Origin: Psammoneis japonica
Lineage: Eukaryota
DNA: 64,000 nucleotides
Assembly (NCBI GenBank): GCA_008632985.1
Contig: QPGO01000010.1
Span: forward strand, 682,001 to 746,000
Direction: 5' to 3'
Shown here: positions 1-12,189 of the stretch, one piece after another
Layout of the letters: every line of letters starts with the position of its first letter
Position numbering within the stretch: the stretch's first letter is position 1
Made by a program: the position numbers and the translations under genes
Notes under the pieces: generated by a model
The model's database searches: none
Seen by the model: the letters and a program-made list of their open reading frames with translations, nothing else
What the model was told of the DNA's origin: nothing

Positions 1-3000
1 CTGACCCCAGTTCGGCACCCACTGACATCCCATCGGCTAGTCCATCGGCTCAACCCAGTGATATTCCTTCGACACAATCGTCTACGGCGCCTTCAACAAG
101 CCCGTCAGCTGTCCCCAGTTCGGCACCCAGTGACATGCCGTCGACCATTCCTTCAGCCCAACCAAGTGATGTGCCTTCTGCGCAACCATCTGCGGTGCCA
201 TCGACAAGCCCGTCAGAAGTCCCCAGTTCGGTACCCAGTGACATCCCGTCGGCAAGTCCATCTACAAAAACAAGTGATACGCCTTCTGCGCAACCGTCTA
301 CGGTGCCTTCAGCAAGCCCGTCCGACGTTCCCAGTTCGACACCTAGTTATGTGCCGTCGGCCAGTCCATCTACCCAACCAAGTGATACGCCTTCTGTGCG
401 ACCATCTACGGTGCCGTCAACAAGCCCGTCAGCTGTCCCCAGTTCGGTCCCCAGTGACATCCCGTCGGCTATTCCATCGGCTCAACCCAGTGATGAACCT
501 TCTGTGCAACCGTCTGTGGCGCCTTCAACAGCCCCATCAGCCGTCCCAAGTTCGGCACCCACTGGCATCCCATCAGCTAGTCCGTCAGCTGAACCAAGTC
601 GCGTACCATCCTTCACACCGTCAATGGTGCCTTCAACAAGCCCATCAGCTCCCCCAAGTTCAGCACCCAGTGAGGCTCCTTCGACTGGTCCATCTGCACA
701 ATCATCTGTGGCGCCTTCAACAGGCCCATCAGCTGTCCCGAGTTCGGCCCCCACGAGTGTCCCATCAACTAGTCCGTCAGTTGAACCAAGCAGCGTGCCA
801 TCCTTGACACCGTCAATGGTGCCTTCCACAAGCCCATCAGCGCCCCCAAGTTCGGCACCCAGTGAGGCTCCTTCAACCCGTCCATCCGCGCAACCGTCTG
901 TGACGCCTTCAACAGTCCCATCAGCTGCCTCAACTTCGGCACCCACTGGCATCCCATCAACTAGTCCGTCAGCTGAACCAAGTAGCGTGCCATCCTTGAC
1001 ACCGTCAATGGTGCCTTCCACAAGGCCATCAGCTCCCCCGAGTTCGGCACCCAGTGAGGTTCCTTCGACTAGTCCATCCGCACAACTGTCTGAAGCGCCG
1101 TCGGCAGGCCCATCAGCTGTCCCGAGTTCGGCACCCACTAGCATCCCATCAACTAGTCTGTCAGCGGAGCCGAGTAGCTTGTCATCCTCGACACCTTCAA
1201 TGATGCCTTCTTCAAGCCCACCAGCTCCCCCAAGTTCGGCACCCAGTGAGGCTCCTTCGACCAGTCCATCCGCACAACGGTCTGTGGCGCCTTCAACAGG
1301 TCCATCAGCTGTCCCAAGTTCAGCACCCACTGGCATCTCATCAACTAGTCCGTCAGCGGAGCCGAGTAGCGTGCCATCCTCGACACCTTCAATGGTGCCT
1401 TCTTCAAGCGCATCAGCTCCCCCAAGTTCGGCACCCAGCGAGTCTCCTTCGACAAGTCCATCCGCACAACCATCTACGGCGCCTTCTACAGATCCATCAG
1501 CTGTCCCAAGTTCGGCACCCACTAGTATCCCATCAACTAGTCCGTCAAATGAACCCAGTAGCGTGCCCTCCTCGACACTCTCAATGGTGCCTTCAATAAG
1601 CCCATCAGCTGCCCCAAGTTCGGCACCCAGTGAGGCGCCGTCGAATAGTCCATCAGCGGGACCGAGAAGCCAGCTGTCCTCGACACCTTCAACGGCACCT
1701 TCGAGGAGCCCATCAATTGTCCGAAGTTCGCCACCCAGTGAGGGACCATCGACTAGTCCATCCACTCAACCACGTGATTGGCCTTCTCTGCAACCGTCTT
1801 CAGTGCCTTCAACAAGCCCATCTACGGTCCTAAGTTTGGCACCCAGCACAATCCCGTCGGCTAGTCCGTCCGCTGGACCGAGTAGCATGCCATCCTCGGC
1901 ACCTTCAATGGTGTCTTCGACAAGCCCATCCGCTCCCCCAAGTTCGGCACCCAGCCATGCGATGTCAGCGATGCCATCTGATATGCCCAGCACAGTGCCA
2001 AGCAACGAGCCAACAGGCCAGTCAAGCGCTGTTCCGAGTGGAACTCCCAGTAACACACCTAGCGCGTCACCGTCTGTGTCCAGTGCCGTACCGTCTAAAT
2101 CCCCTTCAGCGGTTCCAAGCACAACACCGTCTGAAGAAGGCAGTTCAGTGCCATCCGGCACACCGTCCAATGTATCGTCTGAGGTACCATCATCAGTTCC
2201 TTCTTTGATTCCGAGCAATTCACCGTCTACATCGGCGCCACCATCTGGCTTACCGAGCGCTGTACCATCATTGGCGCCAAGCAATGAACTGTCTATGACC
2301 CCGTTCTTTGCTCCCTCATCAACTCCTAGCAATGCACCATCGTCGAAACCTTCGGCTGTACCATCAGACGCCCCTTCAGCGGTTCCAAGCGTAACGCCAA
2401 CCGGAGTAGACAGTGCAGCGGCATCAACGGCTCCTAGCGATGCACCATCCTCGAAACCGTCGGCTGTGTCTAGAGCGGTACTATCGGACACCCCTTCAGC
2501 GGTTCCAAGCGTAACGCCAACTGGAGGAGACAGTGCAGCGTCATCAAGGTCTCCCAGTAGTGCACAATCGTTGAAACCGTCCGCTTTGCCTAGTGTGGTG
2601 CCATCAGATGCCCCTTCAGCGGTTCCAAGTGTAACGCCAACTGGAGGAGACAGCGCAGCGCCATCAACGGCTCCTAGCGATGCACCATCGTCAAAATCAT
2701 CGGCTGTACCATCAGACGCCCCTTCAGCGGCTCCAAGCGTAGCGCCAACCGAAGTAGACAGCGCAGCACCATCAACGGCTTCTAGCAATGCAGCATCGTC
2801 GAAACCTTCGGCTGTACCATCAGACGCCCCTTCAGTGGTTCCAAGCGTAACGCCAACCGGAGTAGACAGCGCAGCGCCATCAAGGTCTCCTAGCAATGCA
2901 CCATCGTCGAAACCGTTGACTGTGTCTAGTGCGGTACCATCAGACGCCCCTTCAGCGGTTCCTAGCGTGACGCCAACTGGAGGAGACAGTGCAGCGCCAT

Positions 3001-6000
3001 CAAGGTCTCCCAGCAGTGCACCAATGTCGAAACCGTCGGCTGTGCCTAGTGTGGTACCATCAGATGCTCCTTCAGCGGTTCCAAATGTAACGCCAACTGG
3101 AGGGGACAGTGCGGCGCCATCAACGGCTCCTAGCGACGCACCATCGGCGGGGCCTAATGCGGCACCATCAGACGCCCCTTCAGCGGTTCCAAGCGTAACA
3201 ACAGCTGGAGGAGACAGTGCAGCGCCATCAACGGCTCCTAGCGATGCACCATCGGCGGTGCCTAGTGCAGCACCATCAGACGCCCCTTCGGCGGCTCCAA
3301 GCGTAACGCCAACTGGAGGAGACAGTGCAGCGCCATCAACGGCTCCTAGCGACGCACCATCGGCGAGGCCTAATACGGCACCATCAGACGCCCCTTCAGC
3401 GACTCCAAGCGGAACGCCAACTGGAGGAGACAGTGCAGCGCCATCAAGGTCTCCTAGTAACGCACCATCGTCGAAACCGTCGGCTTTGCCTAGTACGGTA
3501 CCATCAGACGCCCCTTCAGCGGTTCCTAGCGTAATGCCAACTGGAGGAGACAGTGCAGCGCCATCAAAGTCTCCCAGCAGTGCACCATCGTCGAAACCGT
3601 CGGCTTTGCCTAGTGCGGTACTATCAGATGCCCCATCAGCGGTTCCAAGCTATAAACCGTCTGAAGAAGACAGTTCAGTGCCATCGGGGACACCGTCCAA
3701 TGTACCGTCCGCAGTAACAACATCCGCTCCTTCTTTGGCACCAAGCAATTCACCGTCTGCATCGGTGCCACCATCTAGCTTACTGAGCGCAGTGCCGTCC
3801 TTGGCTCCTTCATCGAGCAATGAACCGTCTGTGGCCCCGCTCTTTGCTCCCTCATCAGCTCCTAGCAATGCACCATCGTCGCAACCATCGGCTGTTCCAT
3901 CAGACGGCCCTTCAGCGGTTCCAAGCGCAACGCCAACCGGTGTAGACAGTGCAGCGCCATCAACGGCTCCTAGCAATGCACCATCGTCGAAACCGTCGGC
4001 TGTGTCTAGTGCGGTACCATCGGACGCCCCTTCAGTGGTTCCAAGCGTAACGCCAACTGGAGGAGACAGTGTAGCGCCATCAAGGTCCCCCAGCAGTGCA
4101 CCATCGTCGAAACCATCTGCTTTGCCTAGTACGGTACCATCAGACGCCCCTTCAGCGGTTCCTAGCGTAACGCCAACTGGAGGAAACAGTGCAGCGCCAT
4201 CAAGGTCTCCCAGCAGTGCACCATCGTCGAAACCGTCGGCTTTGCCTAGTGCGGTACTATCAGATGCCCCATCAGCGGTTCCAAGCTATAAACCGTCTGA
4301 AGAAGACAGTTCAGTGCCATCGGGTACACCGTCCAATGTGCCGTCCGCAGTACCATCATTAGCTCCTTCTTTGGCACCAAGCATTTCACCGTCTACATCG
4401 GCACCACCATCTAGCTTACCAAGCACAGTACCATCACTGGCCCCTTCGTCGAGCAACGAACCGTCCATGGCACCGTTCTTCGCGCCTTCATCGGCTCCTA
4501 GCAATGCACCATCGTCGAAACCGTCGGCTGTGCCTAGTGCAGCACCATCAGACGCCCCTTCAGCCGTTCCAAGCATGACACCAACTGGAGGAGACAGTGC
4601 AGCGCCAAGCATCGAGCCGACAGGAAAGTCAAGTGCTATTCCGAGTGGATCTCCTAGTAACACACCTAGCGTGACGCCGTCGTCCTCGCCGTCGGGTGTG
4701 TTTGCCGTACCTTCTAAAATCCCAAGCAGTGTACCATCAGTTTCGCCGTCGGCAACTCCAAGTCGTCTACCAAGTGCAGTACCTTCAGAAAAGCCTTCCT
4801 TTGCTCCATCTACGTCGCCCTCCGTTCCCACTTTCGAGCCCCCACCGCCCGACCCAACAACGTTCATTGAACTGGTTCCTTCCTCAGAAAACCCTACGCC
4901 AGCTGTGGTAGAGGAAGGCAAGCCCATGGTGATGAGATACATTGTGTCCAACACGGGAGATCGTAGACTAGTAAATGTTCGAGTACGAGAGACTTCCAAT
5001 GCTCCCGTCTTTTATGAGAGCGGCGATTCGAATAATAATAACCGACTCGATGTAAATGAGACGTGGACCTACCGTGTCGAAAAGGTGGCTAAACCCGGCA
5101 ATAACACCGTCAATTTGAGAGCCAGAGGCAGGGCAAGAAGGACAAACTAGAGAGCAACGATATCCGAGGATTTCTTTGGTGTCGCGTCGGCTGTTAACAT
5201 CGACGTTACAGCAAACAATGGTAATGGCTTGACAATCGCACCAGGGGAGACAGTTGTGTTTGATTACACTGTCACGAACGGAGGCAACGTTCCCCTCTCC
5301 AATGTTCAAGTGTATGATAGTACGCTCAATAAATTTCTGACGCTGGAACAAGGAGACACAAACAACGACGGAAAGCTTGACCTTGACGAAGTTTGGCGAT
5401 ACGCAGAAAGCGGCACCGCAGGTACTGGTAGGTATGAAACCACCGCTACCGTTACAGCAGAGTACACGGAAAACGGCTTGGATCTTGATGCTGACGATTC
5501 GGACATGACATCGTATATCAATAAGGCCGTAGGTTGCAGTGTAAGATTCTGGAAGAAGAACACTGACCAGTGGGACCCGTACAATCCAAACGAGTTGTTC
5601 AGGAACGTGGTTGGCATCAAGGCCTATGGAAGGAAATCACTGCAAAAGGTGTTGACACAAGGAGGCACTACCAGGCGTGGTCTCGGTAAGCAGACAGTGG
5701 CTGCTCTTTTGAATGCGGAGAGAATTGGCGCTGATTACCCATTAGAGAAGAATGAGATTATTGGTGCCTTTGTTGACGCGTTTAACAGCCGAAACGAGCA
5801 AAACTATGCTTCACTGAGAGACGCCTTCAAGGCTTTCAACAACAATGGAGAATGCCCGTTGGATCCCGATCCGCCGCCGCCACGTCCTACTCCTCGGCCC
5901 GGTCCCCGTCCGACGTCCCGACCTCGTCCGAGCAAGGGCGATTTGAACTGGAGGAGACGACAGCAAGAGTCCTTGCCGAGCGACAGAGTACGTGAACCCG

Positions 6001-6140
6001 GTCGCCCTTGGAGAAGCAAAGGTAGAGGAGGCAAAGGTGCAACAAGCGATGCCTTGGCGGATGATGCGGCACCTGCTGCATCCGGTGGGCAACGTAAGCT
6101 TCGACGACCTTCACGAAGATTCCGCGACAAAAGGGGATAA
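1..6140 (+). CDS. Very large Pro/Ser/Ala/Thr-rich (PSxxPS) mucin-like extracellular or cell-surface protein, 5'-truncated by the window. C-terminal part: two DUF11/DUF7507-like Ig-type repeats, a 'GC..FWK...AALLNA...GECPL' domain and a basic Pro/Arg tail. One in-frame TAG at 5148-5150.
   Basis: The frame is open from the window start (DPSSAPTDIPSASPS...) through ORF 135-5150. ORF 5229-6140 is in the same frame, with only the TAG at 5148 between them. Repeat periods of 192 nt and 636 nt. Motifs YIVSNTGDRRLVNV...GDSNNNNRLDVNETWTY and YTVTNGGNVPLSNV...GDTNNDGKLDLDEVWRY. Confidence 0.85.
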
Positions 6141-8864
6141 TGTTGAATGGAATGCGTCGGTTGAAAACTGCGCGATGTACAGGGGATGAGAAACGTCCCG
6201 AAGCTGTTGTGTCTCATGACAAACCTTCTGGAATATTCCATACAAGTTCCAGGCAACGAGCTTCACAAACTCGTTGAATATATTATTTGTATTGTGTGGC
6301 CCTGCTCGTCACTGCATTGACCTTGGACGTTTGAATACAGCGACCCTTCTGAAAAATAACTGTAGTGTTTGGGTCGCGGCTGTTGCTTGTACGCTACAAC
6401 ATGTTATTACATTTCGTGTTTGAACTTTTCCTAGAATTTGAAAATGCAGTTTCATCTCGCGTGTAAGATTCAATTGTAGAACGGGCTCTTGCTGATATCA
6501 TAAGAAGGATGGCCAAGCTTGTCTTGAGCTGATCGATGCATGTCGCTGCAGCATGTTGCAGATCTTTCGCATCCTGTCCCGTACATAGCGTACTCGTAGG
6601 GCCCTACTGTGTAGCCCGCAGTGCGGTACGACGAACAAGACAGGATGACGTTGCTGGTCATTGCTGGTCTGGAAATGACCACTGCAGTGTTGGCCAGATT
6701 GCCTGTTGCTGGATCACTCTCCACTTGAGAGCGCAGATTCTCCGGTTGAAAATTCAAGGCCACACTGCAAACATGTTGTGCCACACCATTTTGAAAGCCA
6801 AACAACCCCAGAGCACTTGTGTCACACTTGTGCTCTAAAGAAACTTCTGGCATTGCTCTCTGTGACTGGACCTTTGTTGCAGGGATTTGAGCTGCAGCTG
6901 AGCTGAGAACACGCCCTTTTTAACCCACACCATTGATTTTGCACTGTGGTTGACTGCATCTCTTCTGACAATGCTGACACATTTCAGCTGCATGTGAACA
7001 CAAAAGCACAAAAAATGAAGTGAATTGCCTCATGCAGGCTTGGCTGACCATGTGGTGTCCACTGGTGTGGCCCTGCACAAATGGAGTTGACTTTTCCAAA
7101 GCACAATTGCCACCATGTGCCGCAGTTGCCAAGTGGTGCTCATGGTTGTTTTCTGCTTTGGGCTCACCTCCCCTTCCATTCATTTTGTGTCAACTCTGAC
7201 ACAGTCAATGGCACCATCAGCCATTGTGTCACAGATGAGTGCTCCACTTGTGGCAATCGGAGAGATCTCCTGAAGATGGTTGCCTGACAGGAATGTGGGG
7301 AGGCCACGACACAAAGTTGTCAAGAGAGATCTCCTCAGGAGGTGAGTTGCTTGATGATGGGAGCATGGGAAGGGCTGTGGCACAAAGTTGTCAAGAGAGA
7401 TCTCCTGAGGAGGTGGCAGTTGCTTGCTGCTGCAACCAAAATGACTTCCTCTTTCAATTTATTTGCATGCACCCAAAGTGTCCATGCTCCAAATTGATTC
7501 TTCAATTTCACCATAAAACAAACACCTGGCCTCTCAGTCAACAACCCACCAGAGCTGCCACCCTTCTTGTCACAACACAACACATCAGAAGACCCCACTC
7601 ATTCTTCTCTCTTTCATCAATGCAACTTGCCTGATTCCTTCATCTTCCCAGCCAATCCTGCATGGTCCACAACCTTTTTAAACAATTCATGCACCTCTGC
7701 TTTTCCTTTGCAATGACGCAACCATGATGGGTGGCACAGGTTGCTTGGCATCCACTGCCACCTCATGACTGGTCTTTTGTCTCCTGTTTGCAATGGCATG
7801 ACTGGTCTTTTGTTTCCCTTTTGCAACAGAAACATTTCTCTCTCTTCACAAGTCCAACCCATTTGCCTTTCAAAAGACCTGCCTTCTGTGTGCTTCTTGG
7901 CACTTTGCCACCTTGGCACAAACATTGTCTTTCTGTCACTCCCCGCCAGACACACTGTCTTGTCCACCTCATGAAACATCCCTCTTTTCTTTGATTTCCC
8001 ATCCTTGCCACAACAACCCATCCTTCACATTGTGACATTGTGCTTTTCTTTCAACAACTTTTCCTCATGCACAAACAACAAGCAGTGCACTTGTTTTCAT
8101 TGTTTTTGCTCTGCACACCTGCGGCATGCTGTGGCTCTGATGTGGTCCACTGCCAGAGCACACACCAGTTCCATGTCCACCAACTGCCAACACACACACA
8201 CACACAACACTTGCCTCACACACATGCTTGGCATGCCCACATTGCTGCGCAGTTCTGCAACAACAGCTCCAACCATGGACATCCACAAACGCAGCTGCAG
8301 CAGTGCAAAACACTGGTGCAACACTGCACTGCACCACACACTGATGGCAGGGTGCTCAACATTTGACACATTTCACACTGTCCCTCTTGCACCATCCACA
8401 CTGTCAACATGCCCCAATGACTCCCACACTCCAAACTGGTTCTTGTGTTCCCTTCACATGGCTCAAACAAGACCTGGCCGCATGGCCCAGGACAACTTTT
8501 TTCTTCCCACAGTCTCCAATGTCCTGCATTTGACATGCTCTCCTTTGTGCTTGTAAAAACATGCCACCCACCTTCCATTTCTGTTGCTCTCTGACAACAC
8601 ACAACTGTGATGGCTGCAATTCAAGGCAATTTGGCATGCACACATCAGCCAACACCTCATTTCCAGGGACTTCCCCTCTGTGCACACAACTCATGATGCA
8701 AATCCATCAACATGCCACACACCCACATCACCACTGCCCACAATGGCATCCAGGACTTCCCTGTGACATCCGGCTTCACATCGCAGCAGACTTCATCATG
8801 CAGAACCACACTGCACATCACCACACAAAGCATCATCTCTCTGCCCTGCTCCACCACATGCAAC

Positions 8865-9143
8865 ACTTCCATCTTTTTCCATTTTCACAATTTTCTGATG
8901 TGGCACTCTCAACTGCTGTGCTGCAAAGCCTCCCAAACCAAAACCCCCTGAACCAAAACCATGGCCAGATGCATCACCAACCAACACATGGGGAATGCCA
9001 AAATGAACTTCCATCTTTTTCCATTTTCACAATTTTCTGATGTGGCACTCTCAACTGCTGTGCTGCAAAACCTCCCAAACCAAAACCTCCTGAACCAAAA
9101 CCATGGCCAAATGCATCACCAACCAACACATGGGGAATGCCAA
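8865..9143 (+). repeat. Tandem duplication of a ~142-bp unit
   Basis: acttccatctttttccattttcacaattttctgatgtggcactctc...ggggaatgccaa occurs at 8865 and 9007 with only a few substitutions. Confidence 0.95.
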
Positions 9144-10930
9144 GATGACCAGTCCATCGGAGAAAGACATGCCCGGTGACAACCCCAAAATGTTGCCCAA
9201 TCCACCCAGCAGTCCTCCCAAGACTGTGACCAACCCCTGCGCAAAGGTTGCAACTCCCAACAAAAAACAGTGGATCCATCAAAACAAACCCACCCATCTC
9301 CCACCAAACCAGCTTGTTCCTTTGAGAAACCAAAAGGACAGATCAGACAAGAGATGACCACACCTTTGTGCAAGCAGACCACATTGAACCATCTCAGCAT
9401 TCTGGCAATTGTCTCTTTGTTGGCAAGACCTGCAAATGCAAATGCTTTCTCAAACCCACCAGATGCAATGACACAAACCTGCCTGCCTTCGCCACCCCAA
9501 CTTTCCCTTCTTTAAACAGCTGTTCAGCATGCTCCTTTCAAACAAAATCCAGTGGTTGTCAGCTTCAATCTGTTTGGCAGATGTCTCAATGCAAGATGCA
9601 ATGCAACCACTCATTTCCAAATCACCAACAAAAAGAAGAAGAACACTGGCCAAAAACACACAAGTGTCTCTGTTTCCTTGCAAGTGCTTTGCAGGCAGGC
9701 CACTCTGTGGCAACTCAATGTTTGTCATTGGCAACACGTTTCCTTCTAGCAATGAGCAAAAACCATCCTCTGGCTTCTGATCTTTCAAGTCATTTTCAAA
9801 CCATGTCTTGAAATTGCACTCAGCCCAGTCCAGGTTGAGGATGACTTGGTGGTTGCCCTGGATGGTGCAATGGACCTTCCTCTTAATCTCATTGGCACCT
9901 TTTTGATCTGTGTTCTGGACTCTGTGGGGTTTGTGTTTGGCACATCTGACAGTTCTTGACACCTTTCTACATGGGATGGGCACTCCATCATTTGGCTCAT
10001 TTGGTGAGCCATTCTTCAAACAACATGCAGCCTGAGTCTGTTTTGGCAAAGCATCCAAACAAGTGGGGCTCAGGTCTGGATGAGTTGCCAAGTCTGCTTT
10101 CCTGCCCGTGCACGAGCTTGGCTCAAATTCCAGATGAATTTTTTCACCTTCAACATTGCTTGAGCATCATCGTGCATTTGCTCTGTCATCTCCCTTTCTT
10201 GGTTGTTGTTGGTGCTCAGCTTTGAGGTGCAAAGACCACAAAGATCACCATCATCATTGCTTGCTCCAGCAATGGCTTTCAACATTTCTTTTGGCATTTG
10301 CAACACATGCATTCCACCTTTGCCTTCTTCTCTCCCTTTTTGTCTGCAAGTTGTGAGTTTTGTTCCTTGGTGTCTGTCTCACACAGAGCCCCCAACTCAT
10401 CTGCACGCACCTTTGCTTCCATCATGAGACAATGACAACACGCATCCTTTTGCAAAGCAAATGCCATTGCAGTTTGGTGGCCACCTCCTTGCACCAATCA
10501 GCAATGTGAGCCAGCAGCAACTTGACCAATTCCTTCTTTTTGGCATCATCTGAGGCTTGCTCTTGCAAGCATGACCTGTTCTTTGTGACAGCTTCCAACA
10601 AGTCGGAGTGCCACTTTGGAGAAAAAGACTTGCACAAAACATTGCATCTTGTTCAAGAAAAATTCTTGCTGCCATCATCAGTCAAGAGAACATGCAATGC
10701 ATTGTTGCACCAACAAACAACATCATGCAACATTTCTGACAGCAATGTCTCTCCGAAATGGCATGCACCAAACTTCCAAACTTTTGTGCAACCATGACTG
10801 CAGGAACAACACATGTGTGCTGTGCAATCTGTGTCTGTGGGAAGTTTTGGAATGCTGGGATCCTTCTCCATGTCATTGTCCAAATCATGATGATCCTTCC
10901 TGCTGCAATGCTCTCATTGTGCAAACACAA

Positions 10931-10937
10931 TTGTTGC

Positions 10938-10974
<37 letters not shown>

Positions 10975-10990
10975 GCCGCCGTTGTTGTTG
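10931..10990 (+). repeat. (GTT)n microsatellite
   Basis: Run of ttg/gtt triplets. Confidence 0.95.
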
Positions 10991-12189
10991 GACTTCTTCA
11001 ACTCACTGTTGTTGTGCTTCTTGTGCAGACATGTCTTAATTTGCTGTTGATTCTCAGGGTGAAATTCTTCAACAAACCAATCAGCAACAATGTTGTGGAA
11101 CCTGTTTTGTTGTTTGGTGCTTTTGAGCCCATCTTGACCATTCCTGTGATGAACAAGGTGAAAGAAGGGGTTGGTCTTCTGGGTTGCAGATCTTCTGTGG
11201 TCAACTTGCTGTGCTGTGCAAAAAAAAAACAATTTAAAGTGCCATGGCACCTTTGCCCAGCAATGCTGGCACCAGCTGACCCACACCTCTGGCGTGCCCT
11301 GCAAGACATGCGGCAGAATTTCATGCAATCAGACTGAACTGGCATCTCCCAGAGGAGATGCCCGATGGAAACAGAGCACATTGATGCTTGTCAGTGCTGC
11401 AACAGAGGAGGCAATTTTGCCAAACAGAGTAAAGCACTGATTGGCTGATGGAGACAAAGAAGGTCATTGAGGACCAACGGGTGTGTGGGTGCAAGCAGTT
11501 TGGAGCATTGACATGGCATTTGTTGGTGGTTGTTGCTGTCATGCGTGGAATTTGTGCTGGAGTCCGTGCGGAACATTTTTTGAGTCTGCAGAAAATTGTG
11601 ATGAAGATCAACAAGCATGAGAACCACAAGGAGTCCATGCAAGTCACTTTCCACTCAGTGACATTGCTTGCCATGCTGAAACAAGGGTGTGCCATTGGTT
11701 GAAATGGGCAGAATGGTCTCGGGAGACCCAGCATGGTGTGTTGTCTGAGAAGGGCAACATCAGTGTGAGAAGGTGCACGGAAACACACGCAGGGGCTGCC
11801 AGTGTGCATTTGCCAAAAAAGTGCTCCACTGTGCAAGAGCTTGTGGGCATGTTTGGGGATCCATTGCACTTTGGAGACTTGTCTCATGCCAGACACCCTG
11901 CTTCTTTGAACAACATTTGTTCATTGAATGAACGGGCCTCTTGACTTGAGAAGACACCTTTGGCTGGCCAGAAAAATCAGTTGCTCAAGAGGTGCCATCA
12001 CCAATGGAGTGCCAAACCATTCCTTGGCTTTTCTTGGTGTCTGCTGCAGCCCATTGTGGTTGCACCAATCACACACTTGTGCTTGCACAACAAATGCACT
12101 CTGGAGAGGGGGGCAATGTCAGCCACTGCAAAATTGAAATGGATGAACAGAGGCAGCCTTCAAGGCAGCTCCAAATGACAAACACAGCA

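Noticed and set aside
50..4999. Long antisense and alternate-frame ORFs over the stalk gene (e.g. 482-1765, 1766-2896 minus)
   Set aside because: Shadows of the repetitive Pro/Ser codon pattern; no independent coding signal.
7600..8860. Possible RTE-like LINE remnant (HTDGRVLNI resembles YRTDG.LFNL)
   Set aside because: Only one short motif; no YADD or other RT motifs recoverable.
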